Assembly (NCBI GenBank): GCA_002633005.1
Contig: NMRA01000318.1
Location: forward strand, 145,620 to 209,619
DNA: 64,000 nt
Source of the DNA: Phoronis australis
Lineage: Eukaryota; Animalia; Phoronida
Reading direction: 5' to 3'
Made by a program: the position numbers and the translations under genes. Of this stretch, positions 23,590 to 36,600 are shown piece by piece; positions within the stretch are counted from its first letter, which is position 1, and every line of letters begins with the position of its first letter. The notes under the pieces were generated by a model that made no database searches, was not told where the DNA came from, and saw only the letters and a program-made list of their open reading frames with translations.

Positions 23590-26500
23590 CTGAAATCACA
23601 ATAGTGTAAAAAATACAAAGGGGATTTGCAATAAAAGCTGGAATTGAGACTCCTAAAAACATTTAATATTAAGAGAAATAATTTCAAAACTTGCGTTTTC
23701 CACAACGAACATCTCCATTTGACTGGTATGTAACCTGAAAAATACAGCAAACTGATACTAGAAACTATGCAAAGATATGCATACAAGAAGACGGAGCCCG
23801 TGAAGATCATCCTCATGTCATCTTTGTGTCACAGTGCCATTTCAGAGACTCTATCTACATTACAATTTAGTGTATGATATCCAACAAGATTACAGCAACA
23901 ATTAATAAAAAGTGACATGACTTAGCAAGAAAATTTAGATTGAAACCACTAATCCTCATCTTAAACGGAATATTTTGATATGAAAACATTACCTCTACAA
24001 ATCCCAATTTGTCAAAAAGCAAAAGACTTTTGTCATTGCCGAGTCCTATTTTAGCTGTGAACTCTTCAATACTGAGATGGTCTATCCCTGGAAATGAAAA
24101 GTCTTGACATGAGTCTAAATTGCAAACATTTTTTAAGTCTGGTCTTCACATCACATCACGTGACCTAATGAACATAAGATTTCTGCCCCAATCCGGACTC
24201 AAACCCAGAACCTTCTGCTAGCCGTGCAGACACTCTAGTCCATTGAGCATTTTTTTCAGTATATGTTCCTTAGGTCATGCAATGTGGCCAACAGGTGGCG
24301 TGAAGACCAGATTTAAAAATGTTATCTATATTTCCACGCCAATTCAACATTTACATATTCATCAACAGATTTACTTTCTCACAAAAACTACTCATAGACT
24401 CCTAGCAGGCAGATTAAGTGTTCATACACCAATAAAGACATCAGCCCAGACATAAAATTGTGTACAAATTCAATGACTGTAAAATCGAGCATGGTAATTA
24501 TTCACTTATTTCGCACCAAAATTGTTTGCCATAACTATCATTTTTCCATTTTTCAAATTTAAAGCTGGTAAACTAGCTACAAATAGTAAAGACTTTACCA
24601 AATGGTGTGTTCTATGACACCCACACAATACAAACTATGCCAATAAGAGTAAAATGTTCGTAACTTTTATTTTTGTGGAGAAATTTGATAAATAGAATTT
24701 CAATTGTCCGCTATATTGTGAGCTAAATAAGTAAAGAAGTATCATAAGCAGCTTAAACAGTACAAATCAGAGGCGTAGGTAGAAACATATTTTGACACCA
24801 AAAACTTCCTATACCACAAATTAATGAGAATATTACCATTGGAAAACAAGTAAGTCTCAAAAATGTAAGATTTTGCATGGGAGTTAACTCTTCCAAACTA
24901 TGGCACAATATCAAGTGATGCAAAATAGTACTCCCATCAACACCAAGACGGCAAAACCTCACAAATAACATGCTCTCCAATAGACACATGCCGGGAATTT
25001 ATGCAAGCATCATCTTCAATGCCAAGGGGCCAATATTCAGAAAGTTCCAAACTTAGGTTGAGCATGCAGTTTCGCAGGCTTTGTAGGGTTTCTCAAAATG
25101 ATCGGTGTCAGCTAGTGTTGGTCAGTAACAAGGCTTTATTGACATCAGGTTTTTCACTTGTGTTAGACACCCCTTTACAGACCTCTCTCTCCCTTTTAAT
25201 CATAATGACAAATACTAGTACCCATCACAACTCATTATGTCCTTTCCGTTTAGAGACCTCCCCCCAATTTCTTACTTTTGACGAATGGTAAAAATGTGCC
25301 ACTTTCCCAAATACATGTCCTAGGGCTTCCCATCAGAAATTCCCTGTACTGCAGTTAAGCCCTTCATTATGAACTACAAACCCTGCAGTATTCACATATC
25401 ATACTTTATCATAAACTAACTATAAACCCTGCAATGTTTGCATAACACACTTCATCATAAACTATAAACCCTGTTATGTTCACATACCATACTTCATCAT
25501 AAACTATAAGCCCTGTTATATTCACATACCATACTTCATCATAAACTATAAACCCTACAATATTAACATAACACCTCAACATAAACTATAAGCCCTGTTA
25601 TATTCACATACCATACTTCATCATAAGTAGCAGGGCTTCTTTACCTCTTCCTTTCCCTCGACTTGCAGGTTCTGGAAGACACAAAGTTAATTGAATCCTT
25701 GGAAAACTGACAGAATAACAAAGTGTAAAATACAACAGCCACCACCTGCAATATCTCCAAACGCACAATACATCAATTTTTAAAGGGACATCATCATCTT
25801 TAAGGTCGAAAAACTCATTTGTTGTTGGATGAGATAGACTTCTTGAACTTATTAGCTTTGATAAGAGCTACAAACACAACAAATGCATTATTTACAAATC
25901 GCTAACTATCGCCGTTGTCTGCCAGACATTCACTGAAATCAAGGCCGTTGTCTTTGCCAGTTAAATACACTTGAAGTACTCTGCTATTTGGCGTGTGGGC
26001 AGAGCGTTTTGCTGCTATTGAACAACTGGTGGGCTCGATTCTGTGCTACTGCTAATTTCTGTAAAATTACTTTTCTCGCTGAGAATGTCCCTTTAAATAG
26101 GGTGAAATTTATAAAGGGAGACTGAAGTCACTAATTCTTGTTATCTAACCATACGGAGTAAAACAGGAGCTATTAACAGCAACAAGACATTCTCTCTCAT
26201 AACTTTTGCAATGAAAATATGAGCATGTGATAACAATTTCTTGATGCAAAAAACACACACAGTCAGTATCTAGCGAACATTGATTCTGGTTCAGTGTTGT
26301 GATGAATGGAAATGCCAGAAACAGAGAAAAATCATATTTGAATTCAAACTTGTGAAACAGACAAATACAATTTCATTTAACAAAATTTGCCTTATATTAA
26401 GGCAGTCAAGTTGTTAATGAAATAATTACCTGCAATCATAATTTCTATTTCAGCAGAGTGGCTGTTGTCGGCATTGTTAAAAAACAAGTTGACATCGCCA

Positions 26501-27873
26501 ATCATGGCAGCAACGTCATCTCCTCCGTCTCGGAAAATTTTGCTGTCAAGCACAATAAACGTGCACTCTGGAATGAAAAGGGGTCAAAATAAACAGTTAA
26601 AGAAAGTGAAAACAAATATGATGCATAGTTACTAATGCTAGCACACCATTATAGCAATGCATAATTATTGCATCATGACAAGAAACCAACTCAAGGTTTA
26701 GCAGGATGCATAACCCACAGTGCACAAATGCTCAACAATGAATGCCCATTCAAAGCTGCCAACTTCCATAATAACAGCTAGTTTCCACTGAAACTGAGAA
26801 TGCACACAATGTAGTAGAACCAAGGACAAAAAAGATTAATTTCAAACTGTCAGCAGAAAAATCCAAAAATTTCAAGCAGATTTTTGAGTTTTATGTGGCA
26901 TTTTAATACCCTGCAATTTGGTGACAATTACAGCAGGCTCAAAACGTACAGTATATGTACAGTACTTACAACTCTAGAGAATAAACTATCGTACATAAAT
27001 TTACAGAGGCAATTCAAGTCTAAGATCCACCATAGTCAATGAACCACGTGGATAAAAACTTTGAAACAAATGTTATGGCAAAAGTTTTTATTTATGTCGG
27101 TGTCAGCATCTTTAACTGCAAAACTCAATTCTAGCAAAACAGAGAAATGGTGGTCATTCAATTTCACTGTCAGTCTTACTCAGCTCATCATTCAACCAAG
27201 ACTGTTGCATCTGGTACTCTTCTTCCAATGAGAGAGGCTCTGAAGCTGTAAGAATCTGTAGTTCTTCACTCTGCATCCATTGGTGATATCTGTAATAGTT
27301 AATGGCATTTTGATTTCATGATGTTCGTGTAGTGGTCAGCCGCGACTTTGCAAGGAATGTTTGCATGTTCAGAAATCTGAGGTCCCCCTGGTGTGTTGTA
27401 TTGAACAAATGGAAATAGTGAACCCGCGCAGCAGCAGGTAAAGTGTAAAACAACATATCACCTGTGACCAATGAAGGCATACAGGCGAACCTGTAATGGA
27501 AGCACACAACCGATTTACAATTTGATAAATAAAATAAAGCATACTATAATATGCAAGGAAACAGTTACCAGTCAAACTAGATTGGATAAAATTACAATGA
27601 CAAAACTGCAATTATCTCTTGTTCACTGTGTGACCTACTGACTACTGTACTGAATATTCACTCCATTGATGACTAGCCCCAGTGAGACTGGAATATGCAT
27701 AGAACCGGCGGGCTCGTTATCCAGAGGATGAAACTGGTTCAATAAATAAGGGACCACTATATCCCGGAGACCAGCGCTGTTAATCCCTGGACTTACTTTA
27801 AGACGTGGCACTTTCTGTATGGAACCAAAACCACGTTCACGCCACATACACATTTGTTTCGGTTCTTGTGCAT
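23476..27873 (-). CDS. NAT9: N-acetyltransferase 9 (GNAT family), 6 coding exons, ~197 aa
   Basis: complement(join(23476-23589,23993-24087,25612-25671,26430-26567,27180-27289,27797-27873)) = 594 nt, all GT-AG, phases compatible. Motifs [80 protein letters not shown]. Confidence 0.96.
23993..24087 (-). CDS. NAT9: NAT9 coding exon 5 ([32 protein letters not shown])
   Basis: Acceptor catttccag, donor gtaatg. Confidence 0.94.
24125..24323. mobile_element. MITE-like inverted repeat enclosing a tRNA-derived segment
   Basis: aacattttttaagtctggtcttcac..gacctaatgaacata / tatgttccttaggtc..gtgaagaccagatttaaaaatgtt; A/B-box-like sequence on - at ~24185-24250. Confidence 0.7.
25362..25626. repeat. ~42-bp minisatellite (~6 copies) containing the NAT9 exon-4 end and donor
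   Basis: Unit aaactataagccctgttatattcacataccatacttcatcat. Confidence 0.9.
25612..25671 (-). CDS. NAT9: NAT9 coding exon 4 ([20 protein letters not shown]; acetyl-CoA binding motif A)
   Basis: Acceptor cttccag, donor gtatgt. Confidence 0.94.
25784..26092. mobile_element. Kolobok-like MITE with TTAA target duplication
   Basis: ttaa-AGGGACAT ... ATGTCCCT-ttaa. Confidence 0.7.
26430..26567 (-). CDS. NAT9: NAT9 coding exon 3 ([24 protein letters not shown])
   Basis: Acceptor ttcattccag, donor gtaatt. Confidence 0.95.
27180..27289 (-). CDS. NAT9: NAT9 coding exon 2 ([36 protein letters not shown])
   Basis: Acceptor ttacag, donor gtaaga. Confidence 0.95.
27797..27873 (-). CDS. NAT9: NAT9 coding exon 1 ([25 protein letters not shown])
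   Basis: ATG at 27873; donor gtaagt, phase 2. Confidence 0.92.
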
Positions 27874-28659
27874 ACTGTNCGTCTCACTACAATACTGTCT
27901 GACACTGTGCAACCAATCGTGTCATTACAGCTCAGGCATTACTTATTTACAGGCGGTTTAAGCGTCTAGGTATTACTAAAGCTTAAACACTTAATTCATG
28001 GTATTACGGATTACGGTTGAGAAAATCACGTCGGCACTAACAGCACATCATCCTCACTCAAAAATGAGAAATGACCGACCATCACCAGACTGCTACTTCC
28101 GGGATCAGCGACATCTCTCGACAACATGGAAGTAGAGTTAGTGTTTAGGACAATTGACTCAGCCGCAGAGTAGTACAGATTTTGCGTTGAATGGACATTA
28201 TCGGTTTCACGGTCGAAAAAGCACACTTTTTATCATTTTTGTTGGATTTACTACACTTTTTGATGTTATTAGCTTTGACTAGAGCTGTAAAACAATAAAA
28301 TCGGGTGACTATAAAACCACAGTGACACTGAGCGGCCATCAAAACTAAGGTAAGGCTGCAACCGCTCATCGTTGGCCGCTGACGGGAAAGTGACGCCTGT
28401 AAATTACGTACGTAAATTAAGAACGTAAAGACACCTTTCACGCCCGTGTTTTACGAGTACAAGCTTTGTGTTCAATAGGTTGAAGGTCGTGTAAGCTCTG
28501 TAAAAGTTGTCATTCGCCCAACGGTTTGTAACTTATGCTCGGCGTCTGAGGCACGCTCGTAAAACGACGAGCGTAACACGACAAGTGTAAATATTTCGAG
28601 CCTTACGATTATGTAGGACCTTATCGGGAATTCTGTGCATTTAACCTAACACGTATAAA

Positions 28660-28895
28660 AGTGACTTAGCTAAGACAAATCTTAAGTTTTAGTAAATTTT
28701 AAGATAAAACTTAAATTTGTCTCGACTGAGACCATTTCAAGAAAGAGATTTTAAGTTTGAATTAAGTTTTTGATAAAAGTTTGTTCTTAATTTTTACTAT
28801 TTCACCAGATGTGGAAGTTTCAAAGTATGGAAATTAAGACAAATCTTAGACTTAAGTCAAAAATGAACTTAAGTCAGTTTCTTGGAACGGGCCCC
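28660..28895. mobile_element. MITE fragment with reiterated cttaag/taagacaaat motifs ending in gaacgggcccc
   Basis: Internal short direct and inverted repeats; only one terminus visible. Confidence 0.45.
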
Positions 28896-30054
28896 TTAAC
28901 TTTGTGCAAACATTTTCTTAAAGGTGGGAAACGGAGAATTTGATTTTTGACTTCATACCAACTTGAAACCGTTACATCCGCTTGGGTCTCGTGATCGTAT
29001 TATTTAAGCAAAAAGAATGTAGGCCCTACATTCAAAGCCAAACCTCGACATCAATAACATTTGACCAAATTTCGTTTGATATAATGTCCATTAGTTAAAA
29101 TCTCAAAAACGCAGTTCAGCACACTCTACATTATCACTCCCTTAAGTTATGTGAAGAGAAGTGACATTTTTGATAGCCTCTCAAGTATAAGTGGAACATT
29201 TTAAAAATTAATCCCATCATAGTTTAGAGAACGTTGCAAAAGCATAAAATCTAAAAGTTCCAGATGAGCTCAAATCAGGCCATTCTGAGATATCTCGATT
29301 GTAGCCAAATTTGGACATTTTTCTGGGGTCTTGCATAACCGTCCAATCACACGCTCGAAATTTTACGTTCGTTTACAACTGCACGTGTCAAAAACAGCAA
29401 GACTTCGGATATTTTATGCTTAATATTGACCGGAGTGGAAAACATGTTAAAGCTGCACTTTCCGTGTTCAGCTGACGAAAAACGAAAATCAGATTAGACT
29501 TTTTACCGACTCTCACAAAATTAGTCTCTGGCTGATCACAGCGTGATACTAATACATTTACGTTAGCAACTCAAATTACTGACAATGAAAATATGCGTCT
29601 CTATAACATTTTCGAATTTGCAATTTTAGGTTTGGCTAAACCCAATAAACTCCGGGACGCTTTCTAAATCGAAGATGTTCTTGTTGGTAACGAAATGGAA
29701 TTCTATGCCAGTAAGAATTATCATGGGACCGCTTTTGTGAGACTATGAAGCTTAACTTCATTTTGGTGTTTTGCCAGCCAAAGAGGACGAACTGCAGCTT
29801 TATCTGTGCTCTCGCAAGATTACCCCTTGTAACCAATGATACAAATAGGGGGTATAAAATATGAGCCAATAAAAAGGGAAATCACTCAAAATTCAAACCC
29901 ACACCTAAGTCATTCCCACAGACAGGAAGATGTCCAGGCCTATCCGATAAGAAACTCATCATCACCATTCATACATGTATGAAGTGTGTCATATTAATGA
30001 ATTAGCCGCGTCTGAGTGATATCATTTTTATTACAGATTTTAGCTTTTAATTTT

Positions 30055-30110
30055 ATCATCATCATCATCATCATCATCATCATAACCATCATCATCATCA
30101 TTATTATTAT
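30055..30110. repeat. (ATC)n-(ATT)n microsatellite
   Basis: Direct reading. Confidence 0.95.
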
Positions 30111-31531
30111 TGAGTTGGCATCAATTTGATAGTTCAAAGATCAACGTGTTTTCAAAGGTCATAATTTCTTTCTGCAGATCATTTCAACTTCAAATCACGG
30201 AAATTTGATGTTAGCAAATTGGATTTTTCAGGATTTACGCATTAAGTACCTGGCAATTTCTGTCATGTGTTAGAAAAATTTCTTAGTCGTTAATGAGTCA
30301 AAATAATTGAATTGATCTCAAAGCTACCTATAAAGGCTAACCGTTAGAGTGACGCTGTCGAATGAGTCGCATTTCAAAGGAAAGCCATCACCAATATTCA
30401 ATTCAACGATTACACGACTGAGACAATTCAGTTAAAATCCTGTCAAGTAATAAGTTAATTATAGATTATAGCTGACACACGATATGTCATATTTCGCTCC
30501 TATACAAAGTCACTATTCATCGAGAGATGACGGTTAGTCATAAGACATTCGCACCTCATACAGTTTGTATAGAAGGTTTGGCAGTTTGCCAATAAGCCGT
30601 ATAGAAGTAATAACGACATGAACTAAGTTATAAAAAAACACTTCAAGTGAGATTTTTAATTCAAATAACAGATAATTTAATTTGAAAACTGTTGATTTTG
30701 CATTGAATTTTCGTTATTTTGACATTTGATCATTGCGCGTAATATCAAATTGCACAATGACGACGTATTAAACAATGAATAAATGAATAAATCTTTATTT
30801 TAAGTATTTTGCCTAAGAAGCACCCAGCCTCGATGAGACTTACAATACTGTTGCAATTACACGATAATTAATTAATAACAACATAGAAGAATATGGAAGA
30901 ATCTTTTATACAATACAGAAGCAGTTTCACAATAATCAATTGATAACACGATGAAAAACATGGAAGGATCTGTGAGACATGCCACTGGTAGATAACAGGA
31001 ACAGGAAATGATAGTTAGTTACGAAACAGTTGAGTGCAAATTTAATTTCCGGGTTGAAAAAGTATCCCTGAGATATTTAGCTAAAGAACGTATGGTACTT
31101 TCATTAGAAATCATGAGACATAAATTTCACCGTTCAAGAATGATTTGGGGTCTAGGATAAATGTAGTGTGAAAAGCACCACACGTTTTTTTCTTTAATAT
31201 TGTCATTTATTAGCGGTGAAGCAAAAACTGAAACAGTAGGCAAACGCGAGTGTAGACACATATTATGAATTCATTAAAGAAGAAACTATTTGTGTTCGGT
31301 TGTTCACATCAACAAAGTATTGTTCACAATCACAACAACATAACAAAATCGCCATCTAGTGAAATGCAGCGGAGTAAGCGTGATACTGAAATTGGCGCGC
31401 TTTTAAGAAAGTCAAATTGTACATTCTTAAGTGACGCTGAAATAGTTCAAAAATGATCTCCGTGAATTCTTATTTTTTGTTACTTCGCAGAAAAGACGAG
31501 GAGTAATCGAAATAAAATATAAAATAAAAAC

Positions 31532-31664
31532 GGGGGACATGGCCCCCTTAAAATTCTCCCAGATTCCATTTGGCAGTTCGGGGGTGCGAATTTCTGACGG
31601 GCTAATACACTGCCCTGCCTCACCCCCGCCCCCCCCCCNCAACTCAAAATCTGGATCCGCCCCT
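31532..31664 (+). mobile_element. MITE family B, 5'-truncated copy
   Basis: Matches 43727-43885; ends aaaatctggatccgcccctg. Confidence 0.75.
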
Positions 31665-32771
31665 GGATGCCAAGCGCTTAAAGTTCAGGTACTCAAAATC
31701 TAGAATATAAACAGTGAGCTACGCCTAAATAAGAAACTCAGTAAGCCGGGGAAGAGAGACAACAGATAGATACTATGTTTATTAACTTAGTTAACCATTA
31801 GTAAAATACAATAAAAGCAGTATTTTGTATATATTTGTATGTAAGCCGGAGATCCTCAAAGGCAAATCCGCTTCACTGAGGTCCACCGGAGTGCACAAAA
31901 CAATACAAATAAGCAATAGAAATGTAAGAAGATTATTATGAGCATGCCAAATGACATCGTGTGAATTTCGCAAGCTATTGTTTAACTTCCGTAAGCGCGT
32001 CGCATGGTTATCGTCAATGGGACGCTACCAATGTTTTCCTTTGTTACGTCTTTGTTATATAACTGTACAGGTCGCACGGATATCGTACCTTGGGTGCACA
32101 TCAGCACGTTACTTATAAATGCTTACCATTATCTTTATTATAAGAAAGAAAACCAAGTGAGCAATAGCTACGCTTATCTACCGATATCTATGTGACGAGC
32201 TTGCGACATAGTTTGGACATACGTTGAAAGACTGAACTATGGTATCAGTAGAATAAAAACGCTTTTAATCGTTTATACTTAAACGTGTATTATTTGTTTA
32301 AAAATAGATATATAGATATATAAAGCCGTCAAATTATAAAACTGACGTCGCATAAACTAATTCAAAATAAATTCTTTTTGAAAAGGATTTCAATTTCTAA
32401 TTAAATTAGAGGTGGCTTTTCAGTAATCCATGTACGTTTCAAATTTTGCCAGAGGTGTCTTTCTTTAGGCGACTGTAACGGAAAGGTAATTCAGTGACCC
32501 ACCACATTTTTGAAGATTTGTGGCAGGAAAAGACTAAAACACAAAATATGCCGGGCCTACAGCATGTTATCAGATGTTTTGACATTGTTTCTAATTGACA
32601 AATTACCAGTGAAGATACTCTCAAAACCCAAAAAAGAATGTGCTCTATAACGTGCAATACACCAACTAGATATTGAAGCATACAGGACTCTATGAAAACT
32701 ATTATTTCCTTTTTCTTTATATTAAAAACCCCATGAAATGAATTTAACAACAAACTAAACAACAGCGTTAC

Positions 32772-32980
32772 CATTCGCACACCCAGCGAGAAATATAAGG
32801 GGGTCTCGAATTTTCAGTATATGGACCTTTTACTCAAAAAACGAGGACCAACAAAACGGGGTACTACGTTCAAACCTATGAATTGTGCATTCGCGCCGAA
32901 TTCCGGTAGGCTTTTGTTTCGTTTTCTCGGAGTTTTTGTTTCTCGGAGGCCGACATTTTTGCTCACTTCGCCAAATTATG
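32772..32980 (-). mobile_element. MITE family C, partial copy
   Basis: cacccag..gggggtctcgaatttt..tggaccttttact..aattgtgcattc matches the reverse complement of 46032-46287. Confidence 0.7.
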
Positions 32981-33274
32981 TTCTTTCAACAAGTAAGGCT
33001 AGGAAAGAATATGATTTTGGCCTGTTTGTTTTTGAAAATTGAGTCGCTGGTGCTGTATTTTTTCTCACCCACTTTTCGAAAAAGAAAATCCACCTGAGAC
33101 GAGAGGAAATGATGCAGAATTCGTTTATTTTGCTCAATTCAAACCAGCTTTGGAACTGATGACAGTCCTGTCAGTCCTCGTAAAGATTTTCTTTAACCCT
33201 ATTGGTGGCAACAAACATGGAAATGGCATTACCAACCAATAAGTAGCCAAATGGCGACCAAATTGTCCTTTACC

Positions 33275-33607
33275 GTATAGCCGCGCCTTTAGGCCCATGG
33301 GCTTATATTCTGTGGCCTTCTTCCCCCAAGTGGTTCGCATATTGGCGCATGCGTCTGAGTTTCGCAAATAATCCCTGGTAATGTCCCCTGCACAGGCCCA
33401 TACATTAATTCGCACATAGGCAAACCCGTTTTCTATGCAAAATCGAGTTGCTTTTCATGGACAAAATTTAAACGTATGACCGCGCCTTTAGGCCCATGAG
33501 CCTGTATCTGAAATAATGCTTTTTTCGTGCCCTTTTTTACCAACGTGGTTTGCATATCGGCGCATGCGAAGCTCCGCACAGACGCCCATGGGACTAATAG
33601 CGCGGCA
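33275..33607. mobile_element. Repeat element with ~200-bp internal duplication and inverted ends
   Basis: ccgcgcctttaggcccatg at ~33281 and ~33479; inverted cccatgggactaatagcgcgg at ~33586. Confidence 0.7.
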
Positions 33608-36600
33608 AAATGGTAATAGAATAGTCTGGATTTCGCCAACAAAAAGATTCGCATGCGATTCATAACCATGCAACACGTCACTCGAACGATAATTCAATTG
33701 CATATCTGTCAAAAGGCAAGTTTAGAACTGTTCGTACTTGCAAGCCGTCACGTGTTACCTGCACCCAAGTGCAGTGAATTTTGAAACTGCTCCTGCCGAG
33801 GATTAGTCGACGTTGTGTTTATGCAGCTGTCTCAGAGGTACCGGTCGGTACACATTGTTTGTATTTGTACCTGTTACAGGCAGGAGCGAAACAAGTGATT
33901 TTGTTTCGGGGGCCAATGTGCGCGATAAAGGAAAGTAATTTTAATGTCCGAAGGACTTGCATCCAAGGGAACAGATCTAAAGAATAAAAACGCGAGAAAA
34001 TAGTTATGGTTCAGTTGTCATTACATTTCAGTACGCGACCATTTGAAATTAGTAATTTCGAAGAGGCTCTGCTTCAGATACCATCCGGAAGTATGACGTA
34101 CACTAGAAAGGTAAACCCGTGTATATGTCGGAGGAGGTCGATTCGGAAATGATCAATACTGCACATTTGTTCTTTTCTTTTCAACGACGAGCTCTTCTCT
34201 TTGTACTCTTCACAAAACACTGACATCGCGGCCGTTTCTTCAAGTTCTCGCGAGATTCTATACAAATTGATGTTTAGTTCCTGCATATCCTGAAAGAAAT
34301 AAGATCAATGTTTTCAAAAGAAACAAGGCGCTTTTGAAAAAAATCCGACAGATTCGCATGAACTAAACTACCCAGAAAACATCGACAGTCGTTGTGAAAA
34401 AACTAAAGATGGTCTGATTATAATGCCACGGATAATTTGTCAACCTAAACAGATCCATTAGTTGTGATGTAAGTAATATAGGTTCATCAAAGGATAGCGA
34501 CGGTTTAATGCGCTCGCTTTCTTTGATCGAAACCATGTAAATAACGACTTTAATATAACACAGACGGCTCATCAATTGTATTAGTCTAGCGTTCAGACCT
34601 TCGTCAAGTCAGGTTTTCTTCAAACTTGTAAAAAATGTACATGCACCGGCCACAGTAATCTTAATCAAGCGTACGTCATGAATACAAAATGGCGAATCTT
34701 GTCACAACACGTCATGTCATGTGTCAGAATCAGTTTTGATTAGCGAATTCAACACATAAAACGCATTCATGTAAGTATTGTCTAAACAAAATAATTAAAA
34801 AAATACTCGCAACAACAATCGGATAATGATGATTAAAATGACAACAGCAACAAAAAACAACAACCACAAGATCATCAAAATAACAAACATACGGCGTTTT
34901 ATGTATTCAATACTAGCTTTTTAAGGTCACCCTTTCCTACAACTTCACCAGTTTAAAACACAGAACCTGCATCAACAATCGAGAGGTATCCTTAAAATAG
35001 GAGAATTTCGTAACTTAGGGTCCTGCACGTATTTACGTTTTTAGCTGAAAGTTATAAAAAAGTGAAATTCAATGCCGTTCAAGTGTGGCAGCCATTTTGT
35101 AGGTGCACCACCAGAAATTCAAAAGATATTTTCAAAATACCACAATGACATTCTGTTTAATACACGATAGTGTGTACAGCATTATAACAAAATAACTAAC
35201 ATGGAACTGCATGTTTGGCAGCCGGAACGAGGTTACCATCTACTGAAAAATGCTATATTGCTGGCGGAGGTGTGCATAAGCATCACAGACCAACAAAAGT
35301 GCAGTTCGTCTTTATCATAGTTCATATAACAGAAAACGCAAATTCTATTACAGTAATATATTTTGTTGTGCTTTCCTGTTTCCAAAATAGCTCGAAATCA
35401 AATCTGGCTTTGGCGTGATCATGAATGTGGCCGAACTTCAACGATTCTCGAAAGAACGAGGCTGGCTGAAAATGTTTACGTCATTGGGATATTTACCTGG
35501 GCCCGGTCTCTAATCTTTGTACTCGAAACGAACTCGAAACTATTTTTGGCAATTTCTCTGCTCGTTTTGTGCGAACTTAAAAAAATTGGTTATCAGACTG
35601 TGCTCGAATACATTATAGTTTATGCATAGGAGTTTCTAGTTCAAGTTTGCCCTTAAAGACCCTTATATTCGTGCTACAAACTCGAGTAAAAACTCGAAAT
35701 TTCGAGTTCAAACTCGAACTTATTGCTTTAATATTGGGTTTACAAACTGTGAACTAAGGGCAATAAATTTTCTACGTAAGTTATTGTGTACTCGAGCATA
35801 GAATAATAGACACTTATCTTGTGTTCGCCCAAAAGTAGAGTAGAAAATGCCAAACCTGGACTTTCCGATATTTATTAAATCAATAATCAAAATGATTTCA
35901 GTAGAAGACACAATATAAATAGGCCTGTCCCTTCTAGATCCTTAAATGACATGGTCCTGTGAGCTAGACCTAAAGCATAGTACAATGTATTTTCATCCAA
36001 ATTGTGATTTTTGGACGCCTGAACACAAATTCCAGTCCAATGACTGTGAAACTGCATAGAAATTAACCATACATAAGTGTTACAGAGTACACGGGTCTTA
36101 GCCCACCGGGGCACTCCACCATTTTAACATTGGTGCTGCTGGCAATTAAGGACATCTCTTTCAGAGAGTCGGACACCAATGTATTGCACAATTAAAATTG
36201 ACTCCACAACACAGTACTGTGGTAATAGTTCACCCCACAAAACGCACATAACTTAGCAAGTTATAATTGTCATGTTAGATTTTGGAAGCGGATTTGGTCA
36301 TTTAGGAAAGCGAGTTTTATCATGGTGCCGACTGGCCGAGATCATTTGAACATTTTTGAGACTCAGCGAGAGATTTTAATCTGTTAAGTAGTCGAGGACT
36401 GGAAATGTTCAATGCTTCTTCAAAATCAAATCAGATTTACGCTTAACTTCAATCAAATGAAAGCGTGGATGTTAAGTTATTTCTGGAAGACGGAAGAGGA
36501 ATGGAAACCCACCGGTCGTCTAATAAAGCCCGGCATTTCTGGAAATGTTTAATTCGCCTCGCATGTCATTCGCAAATGCTTCTTCTAGAGAGGCTACTCC

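Noticed and set aside
25362-25626. Regular repeat resembling a CRISPR array
   Set aside because: Head-to-tail units without unique spacers, in a eukaryotic intron, with no cas genes.
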